Assembly (NCBI GenBank): GCA_965213685.1
Contig: CBDBZY010000064.1
Location: forward strand, 416,001 to 480,000
Origin: a bacterium
GTDB lineage: Bacteria; UBA8248
Direction of reading: 5' to 3'
DNA length: 64,000 nucleotides
In this document: piece by piece, positions 17,919 through 50,319 of the stretch
Numbering within the stretch: position 1 is the stretch's first letter
Layout of the letters: the number at the start of each line of letters is the position of its first letter
Made by a program: the position numbers and the translations under genes
Notes under the pieces: model-generated
What the model was told of the DNA's origin: nothing
Seen by the model: only the letters and a program-made list of their open reading frames with translations
Databases searched by the model: none

Positions 17919-18638
17919 TGTCACCGAGATTTTGGTCCGCCAGGGATTTTGGTCCGGGGGACCAAAATCCCTGGGCATATTGGTCCGGGGGACCATTTAC
18001 TCCAAAATTGTGCGTTAGATAAAACGGTCCGCATTGGGGATAACGGTCCGGTACATATCCTCAGTTGGTTTTCTGGGAGTAAGTCAAGGGATGCACTTTA
18101 GGTATTTGGGAGGTATCGTTAGGTTGAGAAACGCTGCCACAGGATAGCTAGGTGCCCAGAAAGGCTTAGAACGAACGCGAAACGTCGCGAGTTTGATGTA
18201 CGCGCACTATGAGTGTGTCGGCGCCATCCCTGCATAGAGAGCATTCTGACTCTGTGGTAGTGCCTTTAGGATCCAAGCTGATGCAGGTGATGCGCTTTAG
18301 TTCGAGACTGCTTAGCGCGGGGCTGCTATCCCGGAGAGCTCAATTTGATTGGTTGCAGGCCGAGTTGCAGTCGCTAGTCTCGAAGTCCCAGATAGAGCAC
18401 ATTACCGCCTCTCTGCCATCTATGGGAGTGTAGCTGTCGGAAAAGTGTTCTTAGTAAGTCGTCATGGAGAGCTTTAGCCTAGATACCAGCTGTGCCGAGA
18501 CGGACTTTGTGGAACGGACCTGAAGTCGGACCAATATCACTTGTGATTATGGTCCGGCGGACCAAAATCCCCGCGGAACAATATCGGAGATTTTGGTCCG
18601 CCCGGACCGAAATTGCCCGGACCAAAATTCTGGTGACA
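17919..18638. mobile_element. TGTCA...TGACA MITE with repeated GGTCCG/CGGACC subterminal motifs
   Basis: Imperfect TIRs TGTCACCGAGATTTTGGTCCG / CGGACCAAAATTCTGGTGACA; no matching TSD. Carries a nested 3' fragment (~18063-18255) of the palindrome-ended family. Confidence 0.55.
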
Positions 18639-19620
18639 GGTCCCCAGTTCGAAAGAGTACCGTAGAGTAGTCCACACCCCCAAACAGTTTTACTACGAAA
18701 CGAGGCTGAAGCGTTGTATAGTACGCCAGCCGGTGGGCCATATCGCGCTATCACACGCCTAGAGAACGTGGCTACACTCGTCCCGTCGGGCAGCTAGTCC
18801 CGTTTAGCTAAAGCCATCCATCGCCTAAGAACTACCTGGGACAGCGGGGATACACGCACGGTTCTAGCGCTAGAGGCCGGCCCGAACGGCGCGGCGCACG
18901 TGCACGTGAGCATGCGACGCACGCAACAGATGCCGGCGCGCGCGGCCGGCCAGTGACCACGCGACATATGCGTGTAACGTAAGTGGATTTCAAGTATCTA
19001 TGTACCGTATTCAAGACGTAAGCGCAAAAACTGTACTACTGTAGGTGTGATATATATGGCAGTGTGCAGGCAACACAGAGGAGTAGTCTACACAAATAAC
19101 CCCATCCCTATATACATCTTTCTCATTTTTGTCATCCACACAAAGCTGTTTTCAGTACTCTCACAACAAAGCCTAGATATAGGTTCTATGTAGGGATGAG
19201 GATGCTTGTGTAGTCCTCTATGTTGCCTGCACACTGCCATAAATCCATATATCTATATAGTTTCTGTGTGGTTTTTGGCACTGCCATCCCTACATCCTTC
19301 TACATTTTTGGAAAATGTTTTTCATACTTGTTTATGTGCTTTTTTGCAACACAGTATATACCATACAGAAGGTTAAATTAAGCACCAAAACCTTTCGTGT
19401 GCATGTAATAATATGATAGTAAGAGAGACTGAGCCCCTGAAAACTTTGACTTTAGCTACTTGGGGATATTTATTATCAAAAAATTTACATCTCACAAAAG
19501 CAAATACTGGTAATAGTGGTACAGTTATTTTGTACAGGACCAGTAGTATCCATTTTTGGAGGCAGAATTAATAACAATAATGGACTAGCTTATTGACATC
19601 ATACAGTGTCGGTGTAGCCA

Positions 19621-20660
19621 TCACTCTTCTCCTTGTTCATCATGGAATTGGTGAAGATTGTGGTGCAGGTCAGTAGTACAAAGCAACTGGCCACGAATCA
19701 CGAGGGAGTCAGAAAGTTCCAGGCCAGTTGGGTCACTCCCGCTTGCCAAAAATGCATCAGCAGGAGAGCTGCTCAAGTCCAATGAGGATAAGATGCATGA
19801 TGGCATGCCAGATTCATAAGATGAGCTATCAAACATTCATTGCTAGGATGATGTGGGGGGGGGGGGGTCAAAGGGGCCAGCTAACCCCCCCTCATTCATG
19901 CCTGAATCACTGTGACCTGGTTCACCTATATACTGATGACTAATAGTGGAAGTTTGTGAAGGTCTCATTGCTTCCCTAGAAAGCCATGGTCCTGCGAAAT
20001 TGTAGGTGGAGTGAGCTTGAACTTTGAACTTTTATCCACTGACCAATCAAAATCACCCACCTCTCTTATAAGCTTCAACCTGGCTACAGGCCTGTGACAT
20101 CATACTGGTCTGCAGCATGTACTCACAGTGGACCTCTCCCCACCAAAAAGCACTAACTAGCAACTACATACAAACCAGATGGAGGCCTCTGAAAATTCAA
20201 GCAAGACTGTGGGCTGACCTTTGAACTAATTATGATATATATGCATGGTTGCCATAGTTACACATTTCACTACTTGGAGGATGTTACTAAGGTTACCAAA
20301 GGTCCACTACGCGTTTTGGCACTCCGGCAGGAGCAGCTCACGTAGATGTAGGCCTACTATGGTGTGAGCTTTGAACTGAAAACTTTAATTCTAAACTTTG
20401 TCACAGAAAATAATACTAAAATAATGGCCCGCCCGCTTGCATGCATGAAGCAGACTTTCCAAGGACGAAATATATTAAATTTTGGAGTGGCCTAATTTGT
20501 CTGTGTACGCATACTCAATGACAGATCTGTGTGCCACCTGTGCAAGTGGAGAAAGACAGTCGCTCTTTCGTGCCGCAAGTTCAAGTTGGCATTGACACTG
20601 GAGGACACGGCAAGGACCACCACTTCTGGAGCTCGGGGAGCGTGAGCACGCTTGATAATA
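19621..20660 (-). pseudogene. Second relic of the unidentified minus-strand gene
   Basis: Homologous to 3560-4790. Terminal ORF FDSSSYESGMPSCILSS...DEQGEE* and 5' block APEVVVLAVSSSVNANLNLRHERATVFLHLHR|gt. Confidence 0.4.
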
Positions 20661-21659
20661 GCCGTACCTGCGGTCTAGCGCATGATCGACGTACCACTCA
20701 GCGTAGCAAGCGTAGCTTGCGTGTGCTCCTGTCCTTTAGTTCTATTCTTTTACCAGGCACTATGCCCTTAGGAGGGCACAGCCCCCCGATATACCTATAT
20801 TTAGGAGGGCTGCAGCCCCCAAAGAGAGCTGTAAGGATGGGGCCTGACATGCCTTGCATCATGAGTGTAAACCTTCTAGCTAAACTCGTAAATGTTCTGT
20901 GTTCTAAGCCCTTAACCAACTAATAGCAATAGGTGAGACTAAAACAGAACAGCTAAAAGACAAATACAGAACAAAACACAAAGGATTATATAAAGTGTAC
21001 CCTATACGTTATGTTTACTAAAAGAGTACAATACAAATAGGCAATACATAAGGAGAAGTAGTATGTACTTTTTAAATGCTAAGTAACTACTGAAAGATAC
21101 ACAGTCTGCAGGCAGGTTACTCTACGCTGTAATGGTTCTTGGCATAAAGGAGCATTTGAGATGGTTGGTACAGGCTGGTATTGCAGATCTTGATGGAAAG
21201 TAGTGGCTCGGAAGGTGGTTCGGTGGATAAATTACATGTCCCATAATGACTTCATGAAAAAGACAAAGGGATAAATATATTCGATGGTTTTCTAAACTTT
21301 ACCAGCCACTGCTCTGTGCAGTGCTAGTGGCTTACTTCCCACACTGATCCTATAAAGCAGCTATGACCCCCCAGACTTATATACATTTATACGCCTTGTA
21401 CTATGATATACACTGAGGGCACAGAAAGATAAGAGTGAGGAAGCCACATTTATAGTCTGCACCAAGGACACCACAGGGTACAATACAATACCCCGTCAAC
21501 TGAAAATGCACTTACACACTATGGAATGAAGACTCTCACCTAGCAAAAGGATTTGTTGTTCTAACAGCGATTCAATTATGTGAAGTTCACTAGTTTTCTA
21601 CACTATACAAGTAATGCTTCTGTTTGTAGGGAAGTTGTAGCAATGCACATAACAATCAT

Positions 21660-22055
21660 ACCAGGTTTGAAAAGTGTGTTCAGGGCAGGGAAAGATGCCC
21701 ACACCCTGCTGAAAATTCCCCCTTTCCTCTTGCCAGGGTGGACCTTGGTTGCAGATTGAAGCATAAAAGTAAAAGATTCCCATGTGCATGTCCACACAAC
21801 ACTCCAGGGCACTGGCAAATACATTTTTATTGTGGATGAAAAGTCTATCTTTGGTGCAGTGAATCTATCATAACATACATCATTGTAAACCTGTTTTGCT
21901 GTGTGCAACCTCTTGGTAGACAAGTTTTCCATGTTCCTGCTTCCTAGATTACATTGTTTTTCAGTTGTCCCTGTATAAATATCTGCTGCACTATATTGTT
22001 GTTGTACATTGCTATTATTGAGGGCCACAGGTAGTAGCTGAAATGTTTGGCAAAG
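21660..22055 (-). mobile_element. Penelope-like relic (GIY-YIG-like remnant on -, decayed hammerhead on +) upstream of copy 4
   Basis: Minus ORF 21603-22073 contains IYTGTTEKQ..GSRNME (~YIGxTxRxLxxRxxEH). Plus strand reads TTGCTA-TTATTGAG-GGCC..GAAATGTT-TGGCAA. Confidence 0.5.
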
Positions 22056-22285
22056 TAAATTCATTTCATGCATGGCTAGCTTATGTAAGATGTATGAGGA
22101 ATAGCATTACAAGAATTCATCATGAAAAGCTTGCATTTTCTCAGCAACCTGTGAGAATGCCAATATCCTCTATCATCAGGACTTGCTGTCGTTGAAGTTC
22201 CTCGTGACAGTTCATTGTGGTGTGACTGGTGGTGGAACAGCCAGTGTTCGTGGTTTGCTATCTCATAATCACTGTCAAGTCAGTC

Positions 22286-23867
22286 ATGTCCAGACATTTA
22301 TCAAAACTGCGGGTCCTAGTAGTTGTTATCCTAGCATTTGTGGGTGTAGTTAGACTGCTCAGAACTCTGGGCCATGACCACCAAATGCTACATGCTGAGA
22401 GGGCTCCTCATGTTGAGCAATCTTATGGGGCTCCTCATGTTGGGTATGAAAAACATTCTGCTAGTAATGCAAGAGATGACGATGTATGCAATCAAAAGCC
22501 ATTGGAAAACGTTATTGGAGCAAACACAAACAGTACGCGCCTGGGCTTCTGGGATGTCTTGAACAAATCATATGTGGATCAGCATGTGCCTCGGCCGTGG
22601 ATTGGCTCATACCAGTGCAAGGATGTGATATGTTCTGAGTTCTTGCACAATTGTGATTGGGTTGAAGTGGACAAATTTATGAGAGCCATGAAAAAGAAGG
22701 ACAGGCTGTTTAAAATCAGTCCTGCATGTCACTTTATGAATGGGACATCACGAGGAAGTGTTACCCTGCTCAGTTTTCCTGGCAGTGGGAACACGTGGCT
22801 GAGGGGACTGCTGGAGAAGGCCACAGGAGTATGCACTGGTGAGGGTATACTCCCATACTGAAGAGATTATGCATGGCCAGGATAAATGACAAAGGAGTAT
22901 ATACATGTGCATGTTGAATTATGCATACATGTGTATGTGTATACACACATGTGAATTGGGAGCAATATACACTATTCATGTTCCTGTAGGATCTCATTAT
23001 CAAGATTGGAGTATTTGGCATTCTGGTTCAGTTGGAGAAGGGATCACTAGTAGTGCAGTTCTGGTAGTGAAGTCACACAATGTTGCTCATGTGTGGACCA
23101 CACAGTCTCTTCAATGGGTGAACTTACTTTTAACAATCTTACAGCAATCAATCCAATCAATCTCTCTCTCTCTCTCTCTCTCTCTACATTCTCACAGAAC
23201 CAACCCACTATCTTACTTGTTCGCAATCCTTCTGATGCAATTGTCTCCTATTACAAATGGTATCTCTTTTACAAGGGCATTATTAAAGGAAGGAATTCTC
23301 ATGTCAGTCAGATCAGCCCAGATTTGTTCAGTGAGTGTCGTACCATGCATAGTGTACACAACACTTGCATTACATGCTTCAATTATGTAGGAAATTATGC
23401 TCTATGGAACAAATTTGTATATAACACTAAAGCATACTGGGCTAGCTTCATCAGAAGAGTGGTGCTGAAGAAAAGCAGTGGTCATCCTGTTCTGGTGGTC
23501 CGATATGAGAATATAAAGAGAAATCGAGCAAAAGAGGTAGACGAAGGAGTAGGAGGAAAGATGTGGGATGGAGAAGAGATCTTGCTCTATTTTACTGCAT
23601 GGGCAATCATTACTGCTTGTCATTGTGTCTGCTTAGGTATTACGCATCTTGGACTTTCTAAATATGAGTTATTCACCACAAGAAGTGAGAGAGAGACTTC
23701 TGGAGGATGTCACAACATTTCAACGCAAGCAAACTGTGAACATTGATCCTTACACACCAGTACAGCGGGAACATATCAGACGAGAAGTTCGACACATCAT
23801 AGCTAAGCTAAAGCAGGAGAACAATAGAGACACATTAGGAGTGGAGGAATACTTAGACTCTAGTTAG
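22286..23867 (+). CDS. WSCD-like type II membrane sulfotransferase, copy 4 (intact)
   Basis: Exons 22286-22838, 22990-23117, 23198-23330, 23391-23536, 23637-23867; SFPGSGNTWLR and RNPSDAIVSYY. Confidence 0.9.
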
Positions 23868-24029
23868 GTTCCTATTTGTTTGCTACAAGAGTCATTTTTT
23901 GACTTTTGACTATCAGAGTTGGCAACTCTCTATAATTATAATAAGGCTGGGATCCAACATGCTCATAGTATAACAAACAACTTCTAAACTCATAACTATC
24001 TTAATCCATGTTGTTTAACCAAAATATTT

Positions 24030-24450
24030 CACAGCAAAAAGGAGATGGTTATTTTAACCTTGCTATGGTTATCTCAGTTCCACTTGAATGACTTTATATC
24101 ACTCCCACATTGAGTATACTTCTCTACTCTTGAGGCTGAATGCATATGTGCAGTGTGTAGGGTGCCTCAAGGGGAGCATGAGTTATGACAAGATTTTGGC
24201 ATGCGATGGGTAAGCAACCCATTATTGGTGGTCTCTGCTATGTCAAGCTTAATGGACTAAAAGACGCTCATTTACTATACTTATTTTAGTCTATCACTTA
24301 ATTCCTTAGCCATTTCTTGGAGGATATCCAAGTTTAACATAATAGTTATGTCATTATACACATTCTTTACATCAGTCCAGTTGAGATATCAAACATGCAA
24401 CTGAGATAACCATAATTCTGCATTAAAATGGCCATGGACGTTTTGCAGTG
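24030..24450. mobile_element. CACTA/EnSpm-like MITE (family also at 33864-34256 and partially at ~26735-26992)
   Basis: CACAGCAAAA...TTTTGCAGTG ends, internal ATGGTTATCTCAGTT/AACTGAGATAACCAT inverted motif, TT flanks. Confidence 0.55.
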
Positions 24451-24495
24451 TTGACACATTGGACAGACCTCATATTCTCATCATCTATACATGTA

Positions 24496-26314
24496 AAGTA
24501 TAGAAAAGCACTTTCAAAAAATGTAGAGGGATGTAGGGATGGCCGTGCCAAAAACTACAGAAACTAGGTGTAGGGATGGCAGTGGGCAGGCAAGACATGT
24601 TATACAAAGACTACACAAATAACCCCATCCCTACATCTTTTTATATACCTGAAATCATTCTGTGAGTTATGCTATGAGATTACTGGGAAGAGCAATTTTT
24701 GAGCCAGAAAAAAAAAAGGATGTAGGGATGGGGTTACTTGTGTAGTCTTTGTATAACATGTCTTGCCTGCCCACTGCCATCCCTACACCTAGTTTCTGTA
24801 GTTTTTGGCACTGCCATTCCTACATCCCTCTACATTTTTTGAAAATGTTTTTTTATACTTGTTTGCATCCTTCTTTTGCCCAAGGGTAACATTAATAATT
24901 ATATTGTTCTTGCCACTGAAGCTTCTTTCAGAGTCCAGCAAACAAATCAGTGATCATAACAGCCGTTGTTACCCGTCAGGAATGGAGATAAGGTGGGTAG
25001 GGGGGGGCTGGAACACCATCATTTCTGAAGTTGGGGGGCTTGAGACCCTCTAAAAATTCCTGAGCTAGAGTAGCTACCTCACCGTATCTAACTGGCCAAC
25101 TCATACCCGCTACATTAATAGCATAGTGAAGTAAGACGCTGCTCGAACACGCCACCTTCAGCGACTACAACGGCCATTGCAACCAAAAATTAATAGGCGT
25201 GGCTTCGCGAGGCCCTCACGTGCTAACCGTTTGCGCCACGTGACAATAACTATTACAAAATGGTTTCCAAATATGGGAAGTTGTCCGAGACTTCTAGTTT
25301 CTGCCCATTTGGGAAGGTACTAAGAGTTTTATTAGCGCAGATCGTACTTGGTAGTGATTACAGTGGATCCGTGAAAGAACTACGATGATTACTTCAGCCA
25401 GTTTTGAGGAACGTTAGTCTAAAGAAATCTCTTAAGGTGGCGGTTCAACCTTGGGTAATACGCGCACACAGGTACTACGTTGTGAGTACGTTATAATGAG
25501 ATTCATAGTTCGTGTACACGTGCAGCCTTTGAAGTGCTAGGCCATTATGCGTACTTGTGCGTGTAGAGTGTACCTTAGTATCTAGATGCTAAATATCTCG
25601 GGACTGAAATTTTGGAGCGGATCCAAACCAACGGCAACCGAATGTCTACTCGTAGACCTTTGCGGCGACGCATCATGAGCGGTAGATCTACAAAATTGTG
25701 CACAAAACGGCAAGTTTAATTGACCCCCGCGCGCATCGCGGACAAACTTTTAGCGCGCCTGCCTTGTACTTACACGCTAAATGCACGAGCATGCGTCGCC
25801 GCAAACAGCGCAGTTGTGGGGTAATTTAGCGTATTTTTTCATATTTTTGCTAGCTGTCCCAAGTCAGATATTTGTTTTTTTATGGAGCCCAGTTTTGTGG
25901 ACTCCATTAACTTAGTGCTGCTTTGTGGACAATTATAAAGTAGATATTCAGGCAGAGCAGTTTTCAAGCTTTAAAACAGTACCAATATTGCTACAAAAGT
26001 GTTTAGGATATGACACTGAGACTATGTTTTTATAATGACTGTTTGGTTTGTGAAAGGTTGAACCGCCACCTTAAGACGAAGAAGAATAGGAAGAAAGACA
26101 AAACGACCTTTGGAGAGTTTTCTGGTAGTAAGTCAAGGGATGCTTTGTAGCTACTTGGGGGGTATTTTGGGGTAGAGAAACGCTGGAATAGAATAGCTAG
26201 GGGCCCAGAAAGGCTTAGAACGCGAGCGTTCGCGAGTTAAGAAGGCTTTCCTATGTACACGCATTATGGGAGGGTCGACGCCATCCCTACATAGAGAGTC
26301 TACCGACTCTCTGA
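24496..26314 (+). mobile_element. Full-length palindrome-ended element (1,180 bp after removing the nested insert)
   Basis: TA|AAGTAT ... CTCTCTGA|TA; ~365-bp terminal palindrome 24496-24860; 3' GCCATCCCTACA plus GAGAGTC/GACTCTC hairpin. Confidence 0.8.
25436..26070. mobile_element. Kolobok-like MITE nested in the palindrome-ended element
   Basis: 17-bp TIR GGTGGCGGTTCAACCTT, TTAA TSD (25432-25435, 26071-26074) and RR..YY ends; empty site CTCTTAAGAAG in sibling copies. Confidence 0.8.
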
Positions 26315-27300
26315 TATATTCAGCCACTGCTCTGTGCAGTGCTAGTGGCTCGCTTTACACACGTATAAATCAGTTATGACAGTCTATGCGCAGGAGTGCT
26401 GGGAGTGCACATATACAGCAAGATGAGGGTGAGGGGGTGTCACGTATACGTAATAGACTGTACCAAGAACACCACAGGGTATACCCATGCACCCTAAGCT
26501 GTGCATAATATATGTCTACCCTCAGGCCTGCATGGCTTGAAAACATGGCTTAACCATTACTCTTACATAGCTGCATGTCTTTGAGAAACACGCTGCATAC
26601 TCCTCTTGAGTCTCACACTGACCTTCAGCCATGATAAAGAACTGTCTCTCTTCTCAACCTTTCATAACTGGCTCGATTCCTTGAAGAGCACTCATCCAAA
26701 CTTTGCACCCATCACATGTGTTATGACAGGAACTTAGCATGCGATGGGTAAACAGCCCATCACTGGTGGTCTCTGCTATGTCAAGCTTAATGGACTAAAA
26801 TACTCTCATTTACAATACTTATTAGTCTATCACACAATCCCTTAGTCATTTCTTGGAGGATATCCAAGTTTAGCGTAATAGTTGTCATTATACGCGTTCT
26901 TTACACCTGTTCAATGCCAGATGCTGAGATGTCAAACATACAACTGAGATAACCATAATGCTGGGTTAAATGACCATAGAGTTTTTGCAGTGTAGTATTA
27001 AAAGGAAGCAGGAAACAAAATGAGGAAACGGAAATTGGGAATGAAAGCGCCTGAATGTGCCAAATAAACCTAGCTATTAAAGAATAAGTTTAAGTGGGGA
27101 CTGGGGAGAAATAACCGTTTTATCTGCACCTGAAGTCAGGGTGGTGGGGTAGAGTAAGTCATCATATCTGTGCCTGAAAACAGGCAAGTAGAATCATAGG
27201 TTACGGAGTCTATACAATCTATGGTAGAATGAAAGATGCAAGCATTACTCCTTTGTCTTCTTGAACTAACAAATATGTACTAAATAACAGCCCTCTTCAG

Positions 27301-28461
<1,161 letters not shown>

Positions 28462-29078
28462 CTACCTCCAGCTATATTCTGCAATGCATGTGTTGTTCAG
28501 TGATGTGTGTGGCAAAGTTTTGCTCATACTGTATGATGATACAGTGCATGTATGTAGCTAACGTTATTGAAGCAGTGTAGTAAATTTTGTATGAACTTGT
28601 CTTCACGTGTGCCCTTCCCACAAGTGCCTGTAGTTTACTGTACAGTAGGTTTGAGTCTGCATTAGGCAATGAACGATGTTCGTTGAAAGTAGCTCAATCC
28701 TTCTTATCTACGTTAAAAACACCCTTACAAATGTGTGCACTGTTTCCTGTGTAACTAATGTAAGTGAGGGGACAGGCTCTTAAAGATCTGTGTATATAGA
28801 ACTATAGCAACACACAAACACAATTGCGCGCGTGTAATTACGACGATTACAGGAATGCGTTTGCGGTGCATTTTTCTCAGTACAGTGGGCAACCGTGGTC
28901 TCGACCTGCCGGATCGGACCCATTCATATTGAAGTGAGTTCGGGCGTTGGTATAATGATTGTTCAAACAACTACACCACAGTGAAGCCCCTACCCGTGTT
29001 ACTTAAGCAGTCGACCACTGACCAGGTTGTGCAAATAATATTCTGTAGGAGTGGTGATCGTCTGCATTTGCTGTTACG

Positions 29079-47275
<18,197 letters not shown>

Positions 47276-48054
47276 ATATTAGCTTGTGTTTTCTTGTGTC
47301 AAAGAACATATATACTTATAATTATGTATGATGGACCACGTGTATTGTAGGAGTGTACTGGTTTCAAAGAATGCTATGATGTTTTGCTATTTTTTGTATA
47401 GTAAAAATATATACATACACTTTCTAACAATGAAGTTTTTGCTGTACTGTATTGCACATTTGTCTTTAGCAGGAAAACAAAGTTCAATATTGGAACATAA
47501 ATTGTGATGACTGCAATTTCTTTATAGGTAGAATACCACTGATCCATACCTCCATAGTTGCATAGAGCTATGTAATTGCATAGCTAAATTATTGCAGTTG
47601 AAAAAGTATGTCCATGCATGTACTTGTACCGTTTGTGATTGTAATAATGAACTTTGAAGTCTTTGCATTACCCTATACTATTGTGGAGGTGAAATAATGA
47701 ACAATATTGACCATCCATTTGTGTGATAGTGTTAGATATGACATCACCAAGATCCTTATATATAATTATATTACCCCACATGAGAACTCCAGCCAACATG
47801 GAGTGGGTTAACGTAGGAAGACTCAATTTAAGTGTTGTGTTTCTCAACTGTAGTGAAAAATTGTTTGAGCCCCGAATAAATAAATACACAGATATATGGC
47901 CCACATGGGCAGGGAGTTGCAAGTTCATATAATATATCCCTGATCTGTTTGTGAATGATATGCAGGATATGCATGGCCACATCCCTCATCATTTACCTGT
48001 CACCAGTCATAACCACAGTTATGGTATTAACTGTATCAACATAGGATCACTATA

Positions 48055-48158
48055 CAGTCACTGGGAGGCTGCAAAGCAGATAGGGTTCACCAGGTCAGCA
48101 TGCACTGTGCAAGCTGACCTGGTGAATCCCATCTGCTTTATAGCCTTCCAGAAGACTG
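48055..48158. mobile_element. 104-bp hairpin MITE (Tc1/mariner-like ends)
   Basis: TA|CAGTC...GACTG|TA; the whole element folds back with a 1-nt centre. Confidence 0.6.
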
Positions 48159-48879
48159 TAAGGTAAGTTCTTCTGCCACAAGTGTGACCAAATCAGTGTT
48201 AACAGTTCGGAAGATGGAGGGTAATACATGTAACATCCACTCCCACACACAACCCTATTGTCAGTACCTTATTGATTCCTATAAGGTGTGTTCATGTATA
48301 CGTATAGTCATATCTTGTGTTTGTGTATGTTGCATATGAGAATGAACAGTAGTAAAGTCTACACAGCAAATTATGCCTGTCATGTGAGATGCAGTACTTG
48401 TTTGTTAACTTCTTTTTCACTAGAGGAGTGCACTGGGATGTTGTGTTGACCAGTCAGGAGGATGATTTCACGCTGGTATGCAGCCTAGAGCAAAGGAAAG
48501 TGTTTCTCAGAATTTGTAGTCCATTATCACTAGAAACGTTTCCAAGCCAGAGAAGCATCTTTTCTTTTGTTTACTCCAGGTGAGTTGTAGCTAAACATCA
48601 CACAACCAAAAGCACTTCTTAACCCAAATGCAAAGTAGCCAGGGACAAAGCTTCAAAGTCAGCCTGTATTGTACATACAAGGAGCAGACAGGTCATCCGA
48701 GTGGCAGCTGTGCAGGCTCTAATTCTCTTGTGTCTCTCTGCCTCCATGCAGGTTGTTCCTAACCTTGGAGTTGATGAGGTAAACATAGCTGATCCCTTAT
48801 GCACACTAGGTCTGTTGAGTTCTGAACCAAGCCTGGCACTCATCTGAGAAAAAGAGTATAACTATAAAAGACAAGTAAC

Positions 48880-50255
48880 TGCTGCATTGTTGAATGCTTC
48901 TTCCTGAAACCAAATTGTGATGAAGATATTGAGTTGGAGACAAAAGGAATGATTTTGTTGTATATTAGAACCTTAGAGATCATGCACAGGAGTGAAATAG
49001 GTCTATAGGTATTCATAAATGACTTATCTCCTGATTTGTAGACAGGTGTGCATGATTAGGTGAAAACGCCATTCTGTAGATAAACAGTGATGCTTGAAAC
49101 AAATATAGGTGGTGAATAGGCTTGAAACGTGCTAAGGCACAATGCTTTAGTATTTTTGCATTGATGCATGCTCATAGCTTTCACAGGGTTCAATGAAATT
49201 AGTCCTTCATATACATCAGATTCAGTTATAGTGATCTCACTAAGAGTTGGTTGTGGTAGCTCATCTTTCATCATTCCCTACCTGTAGTATCTGGAGTACC
49301 TCAAGGAAGTATTCTGGGTCCACTACTATTTCACATATGCATCATTGAGTATATTTCTCTTTGCTGATGATCTGAAATGCCTCTTACCTGCGAAAACTTT
49401 CTCTGATTGTCTCTCTTTGCAAAGAGACATACATAACTTGTGTTTGTGGAGTTTGAACTGGAAATTGAATTATAATTAACTCTTCTCAGATTTTCTTCTG
49501 GGTATCCACTATGGATACAATATCAAAGGCCATGATATTGCTGTTCAAGAGAATCACAAAGACTTGGGCATAATGATGTCTAGCGAACTACATATCTTGG
49601 AGTGAACACATAAAATATATTTTATCACCACAAAACTCTAGGTCTTATTCGAAGATCACTTAACGGTGGACATTGTCCTCAAAAAATTATATATATATAT
49701 ATATATATCTCATTCACCCTCCACTAACATACTGTTCACAAATGTGGCGACCACACTTCCTGAAGGATGTAATGGCCCTTGAAAGGATTCAAAGACGTGA
49801 AATCATCAGATTATAAATCTCGGTTAGTGGCCCTACAAATGTTGCCACTAATGATGCAGCTGGAACTCTATGACATCATGTTTTTTGTTCGATGCCTTAA
49901 AGGGCCTACCAACACTATCAACATTTATCACTTTCAGTTCTAACTCCACACTTTCTTCTACCTATTTCAAACTGAAACATTCTCTGTCTAGAACGAATTC
50001 TTTGCAACATTTCATTTGCTTTGGCTTTGAATATGAATCAATCAATATCCAGCATAAAAAAAGGAGCGTCCATCAATTCTTTTGGGATCACTTCATGCAA
50101 CACTTCAAGTCTGGCAATGTATGTACACATCACTGCTTATGTCCATGTTCCAAATGTTCCTGTCTGCCAGTTTGATTTAAGTTTTCATCATGTACTATAA
50201 TCATGTACAATAATAATCATGTACTATAATTTAAGTCATGTACTATAATTTAAGT
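48880..50255 (+). mobile_element. Decayed CR1/L2-group LINE with a 5' inversion
   Basis: Plus strand SGVPQGSILGPLLF and FADDLKC from ~49277. The upstream RT part (ITESDVYEGLISLNPVKAM, YRPISLLCMISKVL) is on the minus strand at ~48950-49274. Short tandem tail at ~50188-50255. Confidence 0.7.
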
Positions 50256-50319
50256 TTTTTAATAATTTAGTTTTTGCTAATGGACCTACAGTACACCTGT
50301 CTTTCATCCTTCATGTGTT

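Larger units (their letters stand above)
16793..19510 (+). mobile_element. Copy of the palindrome-ended family split by ~2.2 kb of nested insertions
   Basis: Left palindrome arm AAGTATGAAAAGCATTTTCC..CAGAAACT (16793-16861) resumes at ~19045; the right arm ends ..TTCATACTT at ~19329. Confidence 0.6.

Noticed and set aside
48389-48843. Short ORFs with splice-like ends
   Set aside because: No recognisable motifs, stops in alternative frames, and flanked by TE debris.
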